A stretch of 64,000 nucleotides of DNA from NCBI GenBank assembly GCA_040437565.1, contig JBDOQK010000018.1:124001-188000 (forward strand), given 5' to 3'. Shown here in pieces: positions 35,101-50,349 of this stretch. A program made the translations under genes and the position numbers. The DNA is from Albugo candida. Its lineage: Eukaryota. The notes below the pieces were generated by a model. That model was given only the letters and a program-made list of their open reading frames with translations, was not told the DNA's origin and searched no databases. The first letter of the stretch is position 1. Each line of letters begins with the position of its first letter.

Positions 35101-35403
35101 AAGATCATCGACCACGCTGCAAATCATGACTTGAAATTGATCCTGACTGATACAGAGTCAGGACATGTCAGTCTCACTCACGAGATGGCTAACACGATCC
35201 ACTCCGCGCTCAATCACGAGTGCGACAATCAGACCTGCTCCCGTATTGGATGTGAGCAATATAGGGCGACAGTAGCTCATACAGCAGCTCTGGCTGCCGG
35301 GTGGATCGTTCCTGGGTGTGCGATGGTTTGGGGAGGCGAATGCACTTGTGGTGAGGACTGCAAGTGCAAAGGGTGTCCCAAACACGATCCAATCACATTC
35401 TGA
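32196..35403 (+). CDS. Cys/His finger repeat (WRKY19-like) + HMA domains + metallothionein-like Cys motifs, about 696 aa
   Basis: Six Cx4-5C..A..G.CxxHGG repeats, HMA motif MMCKNACG, C-terminal GCAMVWGGECTCGEDCKCKGCPKH. 32333-33349 is duplicated at 33450-34466 across a gap (artifact). Confidence 0.85.
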
Positions 35404-35703
35404 AGGTGGTCGATAATCACATAAAGTGAAGCGAGCCTCCGTGTACAGTTACCATGTGATGTCTGGTTCGATTATCTGAAAAGATACGTCATGGCGAGGA
35501 TCATGCAACATATGAGCGTAGTTTTAGAATTTGATCACCTTATTGGCTTCCGTCGATTAGGAACGACACGATGGGTCTACGTACTGCTTTTACATCTCCG
35601 TTGGCAAAGCTTCAATGATATCGAGTAGCTAATACATGTTAGGAGTCGTAGTGTATCACTGACACTCAACTTTGGGATACTTGAGTTAAACTTCAAGCAC
35701 ACA

Positions 35704-36823
<1,120 letters not shown>

Positions 36824-36991
36824 TCACTTCGATGTGCTTGATTCAAATATCCAGAGTCTATTTGTTGTCGCATTTGCTGATAATGAACGCTGTTGCTAGT
36901 CCATCTTACGCTCAGAACATTGGTTGCATCATTACGGGCTCTCGTGTCTTTTGACTGATCAAACTCAATCGCCCTCCGAGTTGATTGTCTA

Positions 36992-37879
36992 CTACTCGCG
37001 ACCTGAGGAATCATCATCTTGTCTCAGAAGCTCTTTCCCTAAACTATTTTGACTTTCCAAATACGGCAAAAATCGCATGCATGCACTCATGAGATTCATT
37101 CCCTCTTCATTGCAGTAGCAATCTGTCCATTGTTGCATACAGTGCTTACAAGTATCCACACTTATCTCGAGATCGCTTGGTGGAGTTGTATTTGATGCTT
37201 GAGCTTTATCAGTTGTTATTGATTCCTTTTTTTGGGTGTCACTTTCGGCTTTTGAGTTATTTGTAAGATATGAACACTTACTTGGCGTAACACTTGGAGC
37301 AGTAATTATCGGATTGGATAATTGCTTTATATTTTCAATCTGTAGAAAAGATTGTAGAACATGGGCCTGAATAAAAGAATTCGCCTGCTGGCAATGATGA
37401 AAGTGATTACCAAGTATTCGTAACAATAGATGACGTAAGAACAGCCCAAGTGAGTCAATTCGGTCTCTCACAGTGTTGTGCTGATTGGAGCGGAATAATC
37501 GACGACGTGGAAATGGATAATCTGCAATCTCATACAAGTAATGCTGACAATGTTCACAGTGTCCGGATGATACATGATTAATCAATTGTTTGCGAAGTCG
37601 ATAAAAGTCCGAATATCTTCGTCTGACGATAAATTTTGTACCACTTTTATGATTCCTTACGACAATAGTGTACACAGTACATGGCCGCGAGCGGCTCGAA
37701 ACAACTGCAGGAAAGCGTTTGGAAATACATTTGGATCCGTCACAAGTTGTTGACACAGCCGAGTTGTGTTCTCTTATAGAGCATGGCCGAGTTTGTTCCT
37801 CTAGGAAGTTTGGGTCGTCCACTTGAAAATGTTCTTTGACCGCAGTAATGACAACCGAAAGAGAATCTTCATCAATCAT
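36992..37879 (-). CDS. PX domain protein
   Basis: VYTIVV...VRRRYSDFYRLRKQL...FPRRRLF...RIDSLGLFLRHLL. Confidence 0.85.
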   Translation of the reverse strand: MIDEDSLSVVITAVKEHFQVDDPNFLEEQTRPCSIREHNSAVSTTCDGSKCISKRFPAVVSSRSRPCTVYTIVVRNHKSGTKFIVRRRYSDFYRLRKQLINHVSSGHCEHCQHYLYEIADYPFPRRRLFRSNQHNTVRDRIDSLGLFLRHLLLRILGNHFHHCQQANSFIQAHVLQSFLQIENIKQLSNPIITAPSVTPSKCSYLTNNSKAESDTQKKESITTDKAQASNTTPPSDLEISVDTCKHCMQQWTDCYCNEEGMNLMSACMRFLPYLESQNSLGKELLRQDDDSSGRE

Positions 37880-38542
37880 GATTTAGGTAACGCTTTATAC
37901 TAGCTAGNNNNNNNNNNNNNNNNNNNNNNNNNNNNNNNNNNNNNNNNNNNNNNNNNNNNNNNNNNNNNNNNNNNNNNNNNNNNNNNNNNNNNNNNNNNNN
38001 NNNNNNNACCGAAAGAGAATCTTCATCAATCATGATTTAGGTAACGCTTTATACTAGCTAGGGCTGATTGTTACTGGGTAACAATTTACTGGGTAAGCAG
38101 CTGCGAAATTGGTGCAAATGATTATATAACCTGAAAAGCCTATATGCAGCGCGAAAGACGGCTTTGATTTATTTGTGAATCGTTGGCTGCTAATTATTGA
38201 CTGTATTGATCCTACAATTACCCGCTTTCGGTGGGTGATCGAGTCATCCGGTAAGTATTCACGTAGGTGGGTCGTGAGTATGATTTGCTGCTGGTATTGA
38301 AGGTAAAAATCCTGCACTACAACCGTAGTGTTCATCTGTCATCAATGAGGTAGAAAACTACACTTGGATTATATCTGAATATCGCATCACAAATCACGGC
38401 CTCTATTTGGCCTGATGAACAACTCTTGCAACAGTTTTTTACACCTCGCTTTGTTCAAATTCATCCTACTTAGTTCCTAGTTCACGCGAGCTGTTGAAAA
38501 GTTGGTCTTGTAAATCAAGGCGAATCGTCTATTTCATTAGTA

Positions 38543-40087
38543 ATGCGTAAAAATATACGCATTTCATGTGAACCGAACTTAATGCGCGTCTCATCTGAAG
38601 TCCAAAGGGGGCTCCTTCAAACGATCCAACACTCGTCTTTCCCCACACTGACCCTGCAGATCCCTTCTCCAAATAAGTCAGATGATGGCTTGAGATCCTC
38701 ACTATCATACGAAGATCCTGATGGTGACTTGATTGTTCCCAGAAAGAAGTCAAATGTGCGACGTAAGCGGCCGAATCGCAACGCTTTAGTCACCACTACC
38801 AACCTTATGCACTTGCGAGTCGCAGCCTCATCTGATGTTGACGAATGTGGCACTCAACTATGGCGTGGAGCACTTTTACTGTCCGAGTTACTCCTCGACA
38901 ATAATGTCATGCTACCTCACGTCATGCTTCTATTTCTAAATATCAACTCATTAGCTAACTCTAGAAACTTATCGAGGATGTTTCCGTATTGGAAGTAGGA
39001 TGTGGTATCGGGCTGGTGGCCATCATTGCTTCGAGATATTCTCGCATTTTCTTTGCTACGGACAATGACTTGGAAACTCTCAAGCTGACGCAGCACAACA
39101 TCGACCGAAATGTTCATGTACGCTTTCGATGACTTTCTGATGGAAAACTGACAATTCATTTAGGGCCGTATAAGGGTACGACATCTCGATTGGACAGATC
39201 TGACACCAGTGGAGCGAAATGGAATTTTTGGATGGACATCTGACGAATTAACCGCCTTTCAGAGTGCTAGCGTCATTTTGGCTAGGTACAAATATGCCGC
39301 GAGATATGAATATGGCTAATTCAAGACTTCGTCCAAGTGATATCTTCTATGACGATAGAAGCACGCTGCAGTTTCTGAAGTTCTTGTATGGAAGATTTAA
39401 TAAGTCTGAGTTCCTCGTGATGTATCTTACCGTCGAGAAGCGTGTTGTGTTCGCTATTGATACCATGTCATCAATATCACTTGGTTACGATGTCTTTCAG
39501 CAATCGATTTGCTCACATCCCAATATTCGAACTAAGACTGTTGGAAAGAGCCATCAATATCAGTGTTCGGCCTGTGATCGTAATCAGAGGTATTTTGTGG
39601 CGTCTCCNNNNNNNNNNNNNNNNNNNNNNNNNNNNNNNNNNNNNNNNNNNNNNNNNNNNNNNNNNNNNNNNNNNNNNNNNNNNNNNNNNNNNNNNNNNNN
39701 NNNNNNNATAGAAGCACGCTGCAGTTTCTGAAGTTCTTGTATGGAAGATTTAATAAGTCTGAGTTCCTCGTGATGTATCTTACCGTCGAGAAGCGTGTTG
39801 TGTTCGCTATTGATACCATGTCATCAATATCACTTGGTTACGATGTCTTTCAGCAATCGATTTGCTCACATCCCAATATTCGAACTAAGACTGTTGGAAA
39901 GAGCCATCAATATCAGTGTTCGGCCTGTGATCGTAATCAGAGGTATTTTGTGGCGTCTCCAATTCCTGTCATCTCAATACCTCAAGTGTTTCAGTATGTT
40001 CGGATGACCACATTGGAGCTATGGCGAGTTGATGGAATCATTGTCAATGAGAATGAGTCGATAGTGGACAAGAAGTCTGCCGTTTGA
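38543..40087 (+). CDS. Seven-beta-strand lysine methyltransferase (METTL22-like, Methyltransf_16)
   Basis: DPDGDLIVPR, CGTQLWRGALLLSE, VLEVGCGIGL, VRHLDW, ILASDIFYDD, LTVEKRVVF; multi-exon with a gap-flank duplication at 39608-39707. Confidence 0.85.
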
Positions 40088-40763
40088 TGATTTCTCAAAC
40101 TGACACAACAATTGCTACAGATTTTTTGCACTTGAAACAAGCTACATGAGTAAGAAATTCTCCTCTGGTAAAGTTCTCGTCTTCAAATAAAACAAAATGA
40201 GCGGTTGCCGACATATTGGACCAATATCCTCGCCTTACTATCAGACTAAGTCGTTAATAGCCATAAGTGATGTGATCTCATAGCGCGTTCGAATTTGTTG
40301 CCATCTGAGTGATTTATAAGGCTCTCGGCACCAAAANNNNNNNNNNNNNNNNNNNNNNNNNNNNNNNNNNNNNNNNNNNNNNNNNNNNNNNNNNNNNNNN
40401 NNNNNNNNNNNNNNNNNNNNNNNNNNNNNNNNNNNNGACCAATATCCTCGCCTTACTATCAGACTAAGTCGTTAATAGCCATAAGTGATGTGATCTCATA
40501 GCGCGTTCGAATTTGTTGCCATCTGAGTGATTTATAAGGCTCTCGGCACCAAAAAGGGAAATCCGTGCAAATCTTATCTTTTGGAATGATATTTACGAGT
40601 TTACTGCTTCCTCCGTTGTTCTACTTTATATGCGGTTCGGTTTGTTTTGCACCTTACAAGATTGTGGTTCCGATTCCAAAATCATCAAGATATCTGTGCT
40701 GTGAAGCCTATCTAACGAGACGAAGACGGATGCTCGCTTGAGGTGGCGATGGAGCTATCGCTC

Positions 40764-41454
40764 TCATATTTGATTAAATATGTAATACAGAACGAAACAT
40801 ACAAAGACAAGCAAAAGCGAAAGTAAGCATGCAAATAAGATGTTACGATGCCGCTTTCGTAGCGCTTCTTCCCACAAAGGGCTCGATATAATCGGAATCA
40901 ATTCGGATGATGTGTTTAAATCCGGTCTGGAACAATACAACTCTGCTTTCTCTTGTGTTGTCAGTCGTCTTTTAGAAAAGATAATTTTACATTAGTATGA
41001 CTGCATGCTCGAAAGACTTAGAACCATACCTTGGCATGCAGCGAGAAGCGATATTTTTCTCTCTTTCAGGTGGTGCTTTGTGATTCTCGAGCTGGAATAT
41101 GACGGAGCATAGTTTTAGTGGCTGTGAACATGCCAGCTGACCTATTTTCACTCGAAGAATCGACGAATTTATACCATGTTTGGGTATCTCATCATGAATG
41201 TTTGCGTCGATTGGAGTCGATGCAAGTTCTTCATTATTATAGACAGGATCTTCGGTGTTACTTTCCTCGGGGTAGCAATTGTACATGCTCCATCGCTTAT
41301 CGCATGGCGGCTGCGGCAAGGGAATAGCACCATACGTCGTATTTGCAGAATTTATGTAATGCAAACGTGTGTACTTGTTTTGCGAAAAGTGAGACCCCTG
41401 TGGGGGTGTATGCACGCTATCAGTCGGCTGCAACTCACAATTTTCATTCGGCAT
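40764..41454 (-). CDS. Hypothetical tail-anchored membrane protein
   Basis: ORF 41454-40987 can be spliced (AG|GTATGG ... AAAG|) to an exon ending RKRHRNILFACLLSLLLVFVCFVLYYIFNQI*. Confidence 0.45.
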
Positions 41455-44400
41455 TTTATCAGAGCTTCTGAGCAGCGCGACCTTTTGGATAACATGCCAG
41501 CAAAAGAGGAAATACGTAGCTTAGTCATCGTGCGATTGAATCATGTAAGATGGACATATTTCTTTATTTCTTTTTTCCCCCAGCTGCAGAGTTTGTGAAT
41601 AGATATGAACGGGAGGCAGTGGTCTGAGAGAGCACGCCGTGTGATAAGTGATTCGAATCCAGCTAGGTGATTCTTAGGAAGAGTTTTGGTAAAATCTAGC
41701 TTATCCAGTGTATAAGCTGAGATTCTAGCTAATGTCATTAGTGAGAACAAATAATTCGTTCAGACTGTGATGCTACTACTTATGTGTCTATCTATATGTT
41801 GCGCTGTACAGATCATTATATAGTGCGGCAATTAATGTGTTTAACGCTGTCGCTCGCACATATGCTAAAGCCCCTTCCGAAGTGAGAATAACTGTGAGCG
41901 TATGAAGTTGCGATATTTTGACTGTATCAGCGAATTCCATGAAATCAACAGATTCCGGAAAGATTGCATGAGCAGAGAAAGATGACTTCTTTCACAGAGC
42001 TCCCGTTTGAATGCTACGAGAAGCTTCATAAAGCAAGCTAGATCCTCCGAGACAAATCATGCGCTGTGAGGCTATTTTTCCTCTCCAAGTGCGTCAAGCC
42101 CTGTCAGAGTGACAGCCAATTCGGAAATCTCTTAAGCTCCCTCTGACTTTGTGAGCAAGAAACCCCGTGAGTCCTTTGCAAGAGATCGGTGATCTTTCCA
42201 CCATGTCATTCTGCGGTTCTAAATAAGTGTGAAAAGTGTGAAGATGTACGCCTCTAAGAAAGTAAAATCGTCCAAAGCTTTATCTTTGGTGCATAATGCA
42301 CATGGTACCGTTCAAATACAAATCGAGATCAACGATGGATTGAAATACACACTGATACTGGAGAAAATCTTTATCTTGATCCATCCCGTCGTTGCCAGAT
42401 TGCATCTGCTTTTGCAACATGAGCAGTCTGCAAGTCACGGTAGGATAGCGCATATGTGGTCCTTACTATCCCGAACAATGAACTCAGCAATGATGCAGAG
42501 AGAAGTAGTAGCGGTGAAGGCTTTTGGATACTTCTTAGCAAAAAAGCTATTCTAGAGCGCCACCATGCACAAGTCAATCTATTGAGCTGCAACTGATTTT
42601 AGAATTGCTTGCTCTCGCATCAAGCTCCATCCACATATCTATATATTGTGAGAATCAAAAGGCGGTTTTCGACAGCCAGTAACACCGAAAATGTACAGCT
42701 TGCGCCTTATTTCAGGTGGGATTCACAGTATCCATTCGATTACTTCTCGAACACGGTTTCATAGGAACTTGAAAGCTTAACAGTGCCAGAAATCTAGCAC
42801 GAGTCGTGGCCTTTGATGCGGAGAGGTATCGAGGATGTCGTGGAAATACGCGACGAGAGAGTGCACTCGTGTGCTGGGTAAACGATTTCTATTTATCGGC
42901 CCCTTGGCTTAGTGACGTATCTCAGCATAAGACCACAACTGTATCGCTTTTGACGAGATGTTGGATTCTTTTGGGCATCATGCTTACGTTGGGCTCACTG
43001 ATAATAATAAACAACATTTGACTATGCGTAAGCTATCTGAATCTCAGATGTACATATACATTTGTACAATGCTTCCCGGCAGCCTCAAGCCGATGTTTTT
43101 TTAGAATATATTTTTTTATACTCGCTGTCGTAGAATGAAGCAGTCTCATGTCTTACAAGCTTGCTAAGTCACAATCGGTGAGGAAATATGAGGAGAAGGA
43201 GATGTTGACCATCATCATGTCGTGTGCTCACTTTGACACGCTACATCGAAGCTTTATTTGCACCAGTACCTTTACCTGAGATTTGCGATTCTTTGTAAGC
43301 GAGACTCCCGGTCATCTAATTATCGCACAGCTTGCTCGTACTCCGACAAAAATGGTGCATCATACTTAGTCGAATCTATCTGTGTCTTGTCATAGTCTTT
43401 CTCCGAGGAGCGGAGTTGTGCTAGTATGATGTGCTAAAAGATCACGTGTGACGTGCATTCCTCCAATTTTGCATCGCTTTTTATCCGCCGGTATTCAAAT
43501 TAAACGCAATATTTAGCTTACGCTGAGAAAACTTCAATTTTAGTATCCAGAGCTGGATAAAAATGGGTTTGAGCTTATCCTATCTTCCTTTTTTTCGCTG
43601 GTAACCATGCCTTTTAGCTTGGATTCTTTCCGTAGTGTGCGTCTGATGCATGCATGGGATATCAGAATAGTGGAAGTTCAGAGAAAGTTGAAAATTGATC
43701 TATTTCTTACACCGCTCAAATCAAACACATTTCATCGCATTTAACGATCGTCTTGCCGTTAGCCTATCAATAAAATAGAAAAGCGTCAGAAGGGAATTTA
43801 AGACGATATGCAGCTTCAGACGAATGATAGCCACAATGCTTGTAGGTTAAGGATATTGTGATGATATCAACAAGCAAAAGTAGCCGAATAAGATCGCTTT
43901 CTATAGAGATCAAGATTACACGAAAGAGTTGTTGGGGATGGACGTTTCTCAGCTATTTGAAATGAAATGTAAGTTCGATACTTTCAGGAAGTTGGTAAAA
44001 ATGGGGGTTGAAGTGAGAGAAAAATCAATGATGTTATAAAAGAGTGACAAAAATCTTATTCACGGAAAGAACCGACTCGTGCGTCACGAGGAACGATAGG
44101 TGGCGTAAACGATCGTATGAGACGATAGTGACTGGATTGGAGTTGCATGATGGACAGGCATGCGAAGAGATTGAGAGGACATGTGGCTCCGTTGGAGCTC
44201 AATCTTCGTCTATAATCAATGCTGGCTCGGTGATGTTGTGGGCTACGAGCTTGGGGATATCAAAGATGGCGATGAAGTACTAGAGCGGCAAGTATCCATG
44301 CTGCCATTCATTGAATTAGTTCATGACCACTGTAAAAGCTTTTCTTGTTTCGAGACAACGCTACTAATAATGTCGTATCGAGGTGTTGCGTGGTTAGAGT

Positions 44401-45897
44401 ACACTCCGACTCAAATCCTTTGTGAGACTCTCAGGTTTCATGTCCCATCACGTGCACTCAGATGGATTGCAGTTTCAAAGATGTGCATGAGCTTCGCAAT
44501 GCAGTCAAAGCGGCATCGGACACAGAGACGAAATAACAGCTTTTTATACGCTTTTAAAGTCGATGCGTCTTCGATGTTCAAGGTCTATCAGTACCAGGAA
44601 GAGCATTGTTTGCATCAATTCAATCTCTTTTGCGCCAAATGCATTAAATATAAATCCTCTTTTGGTCCAAAGCACCGACTACTAATGATTGCAATTTCAA
44701 TTTGATGGGTGAGAACTGGTTCCGATCACAAATAATATGTCTTTTAATTTCTATAAGGCTGCAATACTACTCTTGTTAAAATCTGCGCCATCGCTACGAT
44801 ATACCATGTTTAACTATCGAGCGATTTTAAGTCAATTGATGTTGATATACCTGCTTGATTGATCTGCTCTCACCCGTGGTTCCCACACGAAGCCTCAGCT
44901 TTGATAACTCTGGATAGTTATTTCTGTGAAGCTGAAGAGTTAAACGTCATGGAGAGCGCCTACAGCTATCCTCTATCACNNNNNNNNNNNNNNNNNNNNN
45001 NNNNNNNNNNNNNNNNNNNNNNNNNNNNNNNNNNNNNNNNNNNNNNNNNNNNNNNNNNNNNNNNNNNNNNNNNNNNNNNTGCAGTTTCAAAGATGTGCAT
45101 GAGCTTCGCAATGCAGTCAAAGCGGCATCGGACACAGAGACGAAATAACAGCTTTTTATACGCTTTTAAAGTCGATGCGTCTTCGATGTTCAAGGTCTAT
45201 CAGTACCAGGAAGAGCATTGTTTGCATCAATTCAATCTCTTTTGCGCCAAATGCATTAAATATAAATCCTCTTTTGGTCCAAAGCACCGACTACTAATGA
45301 TTGCAATTTCAATTTGATGGGTGAGAACTGGTTCCGATCACAAATAATATGTCTTTTAATTTCTATAAGGCTGCAATACTACTCTTGTTAAAATCTGCGC
45401 CATCGCTACGATATACCATGTTTAACTATCGAGCGATTTTAAGTCAATTGATGTTGATATACCTGCTTGATTGATCTGCTCTCACCCGTGGTTCCCACAC
45501 GAAGCCTCAGCTTTGATAACTCTGGATAGTTATTTCTGTGAAGCTGAAGAGTTAAACGTCATGGAGAGCGCCTACAGCTATCCTCTATCACGGTGCAGCC
45601 TATCCATATTTTCCAATACCGGTCACAAGAGTATACTTGCTTGACCTGTTAATTCTGAAAAAGCGTCATTATTGGAGTAGTAATTACCTTTCAATGTATC
45701 GAGGCTTCTTACACAATCATTTCGAAAAGCGTGATCTGAACAAAACCAACAAAACGTGGCTTGCTCTCTTCTTGCAGCATGAGAAAGGGAAACTTGAAAT
45801 GTGATCAATGTGCTAGCTTTAAAGCATAGGCTGTCGAAAGCTTGTGAGATGAGAGTACATTCAAGTACGTGCTTGCCTCAATCTTTTTTCTAATGCT

Positions 45898-47904
45898 TCA
45901 TGCACACCGTAAATTCTGTCGCCAGCTCGGAATTGATCGAGGCTGAATTGGGATGTGACCAAAGCTCTTAGCTGTCACATCCCGAATAGCATCGATACAC
46001 GGAATGAGAAGACTATGCGCTTGACTTTCCTCGCGATGTCTGCTCCTCTCTTCAAGTTCTACCTTAGTAAGCTGGTTCTTCAAAGAAGACTGTGTCGGAT
46101 CCATAAGCTTCGACTGCACTTCCTCCATCGTTATCTTATGATCGTTCTTACACCATATCAACTTGGGACGATCTGGCAGTTGGTGCTGATTCTTCATCGC
46201 TCTTTCCTCTAGCATATTGCGTCGTATTCTAGCAGAATGTATGGCGTCCCTATAATTGATCCGAAGGAATTCCTGTGGTTAAATAAATCTGTGAGCTCCA
46301 GCTTGATTTATTTTCTAAGAAAACAGGGCTTCGTACTGTAGAATTTGGATCACTCCTTTGTGGGTCTTGCTTTTCCTCTTGTGTTCTCATTGCTTCTTCT
46401 TCTTTTTTCATTTTGTGAATTACAACTTTTTGCTTCTTTTCGGAAAAGAGCTTTTGCATCTGTTGAAGACATCAGGGGAATCAGTATTGCGGCTACGCTT
46501 TACATAAGCCCATAAAAGCTTTACCTTCATCGCCTTCTCCTTTTCTCGTTTTTGCTCTTGTCGACACCTTTCCTCATCGCGCGATTTTTTCGCTGCTTTC
46601 CATTCCCTCACCAGCTGTCGATTTTTGGCACGTCTTCTTTCCGATTCCTTTTTCTGTTTATTCATTTCAATCAATTCATCAGATGCTGTGGCATCGTTAC
46701 AACACATGTCACTAAGGGGCATTGACTTAATTCTGCTTGATTCAGCTTTGATATTATCGATTGTGTGACGTCTTTTTTTTTCTTTGAGTAGTTTCCAATA
46801 TGATATTTCTTGTTTCTTTGTACCTACAAGCTTGAGATATTCGAGATACCAATAGAAATGGGTTTGTATGGCATCAGTAGAGCGCATAACAATTTTTTTA
46901 GAGCACTTGCATAGTGCCTTGGATACGCGTCTACCTAGCTGACTCTTGCCCATATAATTGATTAGATTGGATTCCGTTGCATCTGTACGCGTTTTGATAC
47001 CATGTGCGATGACCTCATTCATCAGTATGTCTTCACTTAAGTGGTACTCGTTAAGAATTTTCAAAAATAACTCATGCTCCATATCATCCCAGCCTTCTTT
47101 GTGTCCTTTTACTTGCAGGATTTTTTCGTCCAGAGCTCTTACGTTGGTAATCAAAAGTTTTTCATGATTTACTTGGCTGACTGTCAATTCAGCGGATAAT
47201 GAAGCTGATTTGAGTCTCGAAGCCTTTCCGGCCTTTGGTTGACGTGAATCATATACCGACCATTGAGCCAAATTGCTTTCAAAAGCTCTTAGATCTTTCT
47301 CTAGTAATAACTCCCGCATGGTGTAATCGTCAAAAAGCAAAGATTTTTCTTGAGTGAATGAACATACACGGTTCTCATAACAGTCCATCCTTTTGTGTAA
47401 CTCTGCTAGATTTTCCGGATCTGCCTGGGCGGTCTTCATTTTCTCAAAAGCATAATTGCCGCTTCTTCGAACAAGCTCAACTTGTTGCTGTAGCTTTTTC
47501 GTATCAGCCTTACGCGAATTGTCCAATTGATTGATCCATTTACAAAGAGATTCCGACTTCGTGCAAAACATTCTGCTTTTATCGAGTGACATGATTGCGT
47601 TAGATCGAAGTGCTTCACACTCCTTTTCCAAGTTTCGAATTCGCCCTCTATACAAATATTGCTTGTCTATCCACTCCTTCTCCCTAATACCTATCTTGGT
47701 TGACGATGTAAGTGAAGTTGAACGGACAGCCTTACGTGTATACAGAACGTCTTCGTGTCGAAACTGACGATTCTTGTCCGGATTGCGAGCAAATTGCTGC
47801 ATGCTTTTGTCTGAGCGTGTGCCGTTTTGAGTAGACAAATCTCTTCCCGCGAATCTTTCCATCATGTAGTTGTATTGGTCGTGTGAAGGTGCGACTGAGA
47901 GCAC
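45898..47904 (-). CDS. Coiled-coil protein, CCDC112-like
   Basis: GWDDMEHELFLK and HFYWYLEYLKLVGTKKQEISYWK resemble CCDC112 conserved blocks; charged coiled coil; final exon ending IPSWRQNL. Start uncertain. Confidence 0.7.
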
Positions 47905-49509
47905 TTCTTTTTATTCGATTGGTCTTCCAACGCGAGAGTCGAATTGGTAGGTGGTGATTGACCAATTTTATTATTATCACACTTTGGTTTTTTAGAACAA
48001 GCGATGACAATTCCACTATTTGTCCTCGTACTCTTTCAACTTGCATACGCTTCCAAATTTTGACGTATTGGAGCAAAAAGAGCATGCTACTGCGGACGTG
48101 TTTATAGGCATATTGATATCACGGTGAAGCTCATTCAGCAGCTTTTCAAATATTTTTTATTTCAAGGATTTACGAGTTGGGTTGCATTACAACGCAGAGT
48201 GAAGGCAGATATTGTTCATGAGCGATTTAGTTTTGAAGTGAGATGCAATCTATGACCTACAATTACTTCTGATACTTTGTAGGCATTTTCGATCCCATTG
48301 TCAGCATTCTAGTATAGCGTCTGGTAGCAGGAACTCATTCTGATCTTTTTGCATGGCTGAGTAGGAGAGTTTCATTGTGCTCGAGAAAAGCAATCCCGTA
48401 ATACATCGTACGTGAGCGACGTTGTATATTCCGAATTGCATCGTCGAAATGTGATAGTGTCTCCGATACGTGCCCGGTGCAACTGATACGTATAACGTGC
48501 AGGTCAAACAACCAAACAAATGCCCGGCATACCTGCATAAAAAAGCTCTAATTGTTCGTGATGCCCGAGCGTGGGTGTTTCAAGTTATTTTCATTACCTC
48601 TCCTTGAAGTGAGCACGTTTTCTGTGCGTATCAGTCGAATTCCGCTTGCCGCTATGCAATGTGCTTAACTGTTCTTGAAAAGGATAGTCGGGCTTGCGTT
48701 CTACAATAGTTGTCAATATGTGAGTCTTCGTGGAGGCCGTGCTTGAAATGCAATCACACGTGAAATAGATGCTCATTTCTTAGATGACAGTACAATATCG
48801 AAGCACTATACTCTCAAATGCCTTATGCCTGTCGCGGATTTAGACACGGTGCCATATTGTAATGATTCCCTGGTCGAGAGAATAGTTCAATGAGAAGTAC
48901 ATTGGTGCATGACACATTGGCCGAACGACTAGTAAAGAAAGCCGACGTTATCGTCCTACTTTTATCCCATGAATCCATCTCCAAACACTATCACTTGGCT
49001 CATTTTTTACGACGTGCATGAAGTCCCGCTTAGTACCGTGTACTATAGACCGATAACGGCACTTTGACATACCACGATGTGCTTCACGGTCTGAAAGCTC
49101 TCCGGCAATCTGACGGGACTATTTCTTGTCGCTAGAGAGATAAGAATGACACGTCGAAACATTGTCGAATAATCTTTATCCCAGATCACGCATTTGAGCA
49201 TATACTGCCTACCCATAAAATACGGTTTATATACGATGCCTGACGATGTCCTTCTTTCTCCAAATTGCTGTGAAAGGGAGCAACACACTCGTATATCACC
49301 CCACACGGTGAAATTATATACTTTCCGATGCATCAAATAGCTCTTATGTCTATATTTTTGTAGCACGATAACGATCGAACAACGATATGTGTATAGAAGA
49401 TTGATTGTTGATTATAATACATGCATGATCTACTCACAAATGATGACTATGGTATCGCAGAAATAGCTCTCATTATGAATCGGACGCCGTGGCCAAAAGA
49501 GGCGACATG

Positions 49510-50349
49510 CTAGTACACAATCTGAACGTCTTTCACCTCTTCAAATAGTTTTTCGTACAGTTCTTTTTCTGTAAAATTTGGTTTTGACGGCGTTATCAAA
49601 ATGCAACTTGTAGGTCGCTTGGATTGCGCTGAAGCTCCCAAGTCCACCTAAAATATTGCTTTAGAAACGACTTCAAACAGCTTTAAAACAGATCTACCTT
49701 AGATGGTGTGAAGATATAAGGTATGTCATTCTCTTCGCAAAGAACTGGAATATGAGCAACAACGTCAACCGGAGATATATCTCCAGCAATGACACACAGT
49801 CCTTTTTCTCCTTTACGAATGGCTTTCACCACTTCTTTGACGCCATGTTTGATTGCACGGCCTTTGGTTGCTTTTCTGATCAATTTATACACTCGTTTTG
49901 TATGCTTTTTGCTTGCAAGCGGTTTTGAAATCACTGAAACGTGAAGANNNNNNNNNNNNNNNNNNNNNNNNNNNNNNNNNNNNNNNNNNNNNNNNNNNNN
50001 NNNNNNNNNNNNNNNNNNNNNNNNNNNNNNNNNNNNNNNNNNNNNNNGATGGTGTGAAGATATAAGGTATGTCATTCTCTTCGCAAAGAACTGGAATATG
50101 AGCAACAACGTCAACCGGAGATATATCTCCAGCAATGACACACAGTCCTTTTTCTCCTTTACGAATGGCTTTCACCACTTCTTTGACGCCATGTTTGATT
50201 GCACGGCCTTTGGTTGCTTTTCTGATCAATTTATACACTCGTTTTGTATGCTTTTTGCTTGCAAGCGGTTTTGAAATCACTGAAACGTGAAGAATTCGGT
50301 CTTCATACGTCGGAGCTGACTTGGATGATTCTTTAGGCTGGTCACTCAT
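49510..50349 (-). CDS. NHP2: H/ACA snoRNP subunit 2 (L7Ae family)
   Basis: ISKPLASKK, GVKEVVKAIRKGEKGLCVIAGDISPVDVVAHIPVLCEE, then after an intron VDLGASAQSKRPTSC. The internal duplication across gap 49948-50047 is an artifact. Confidence 0.93.
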
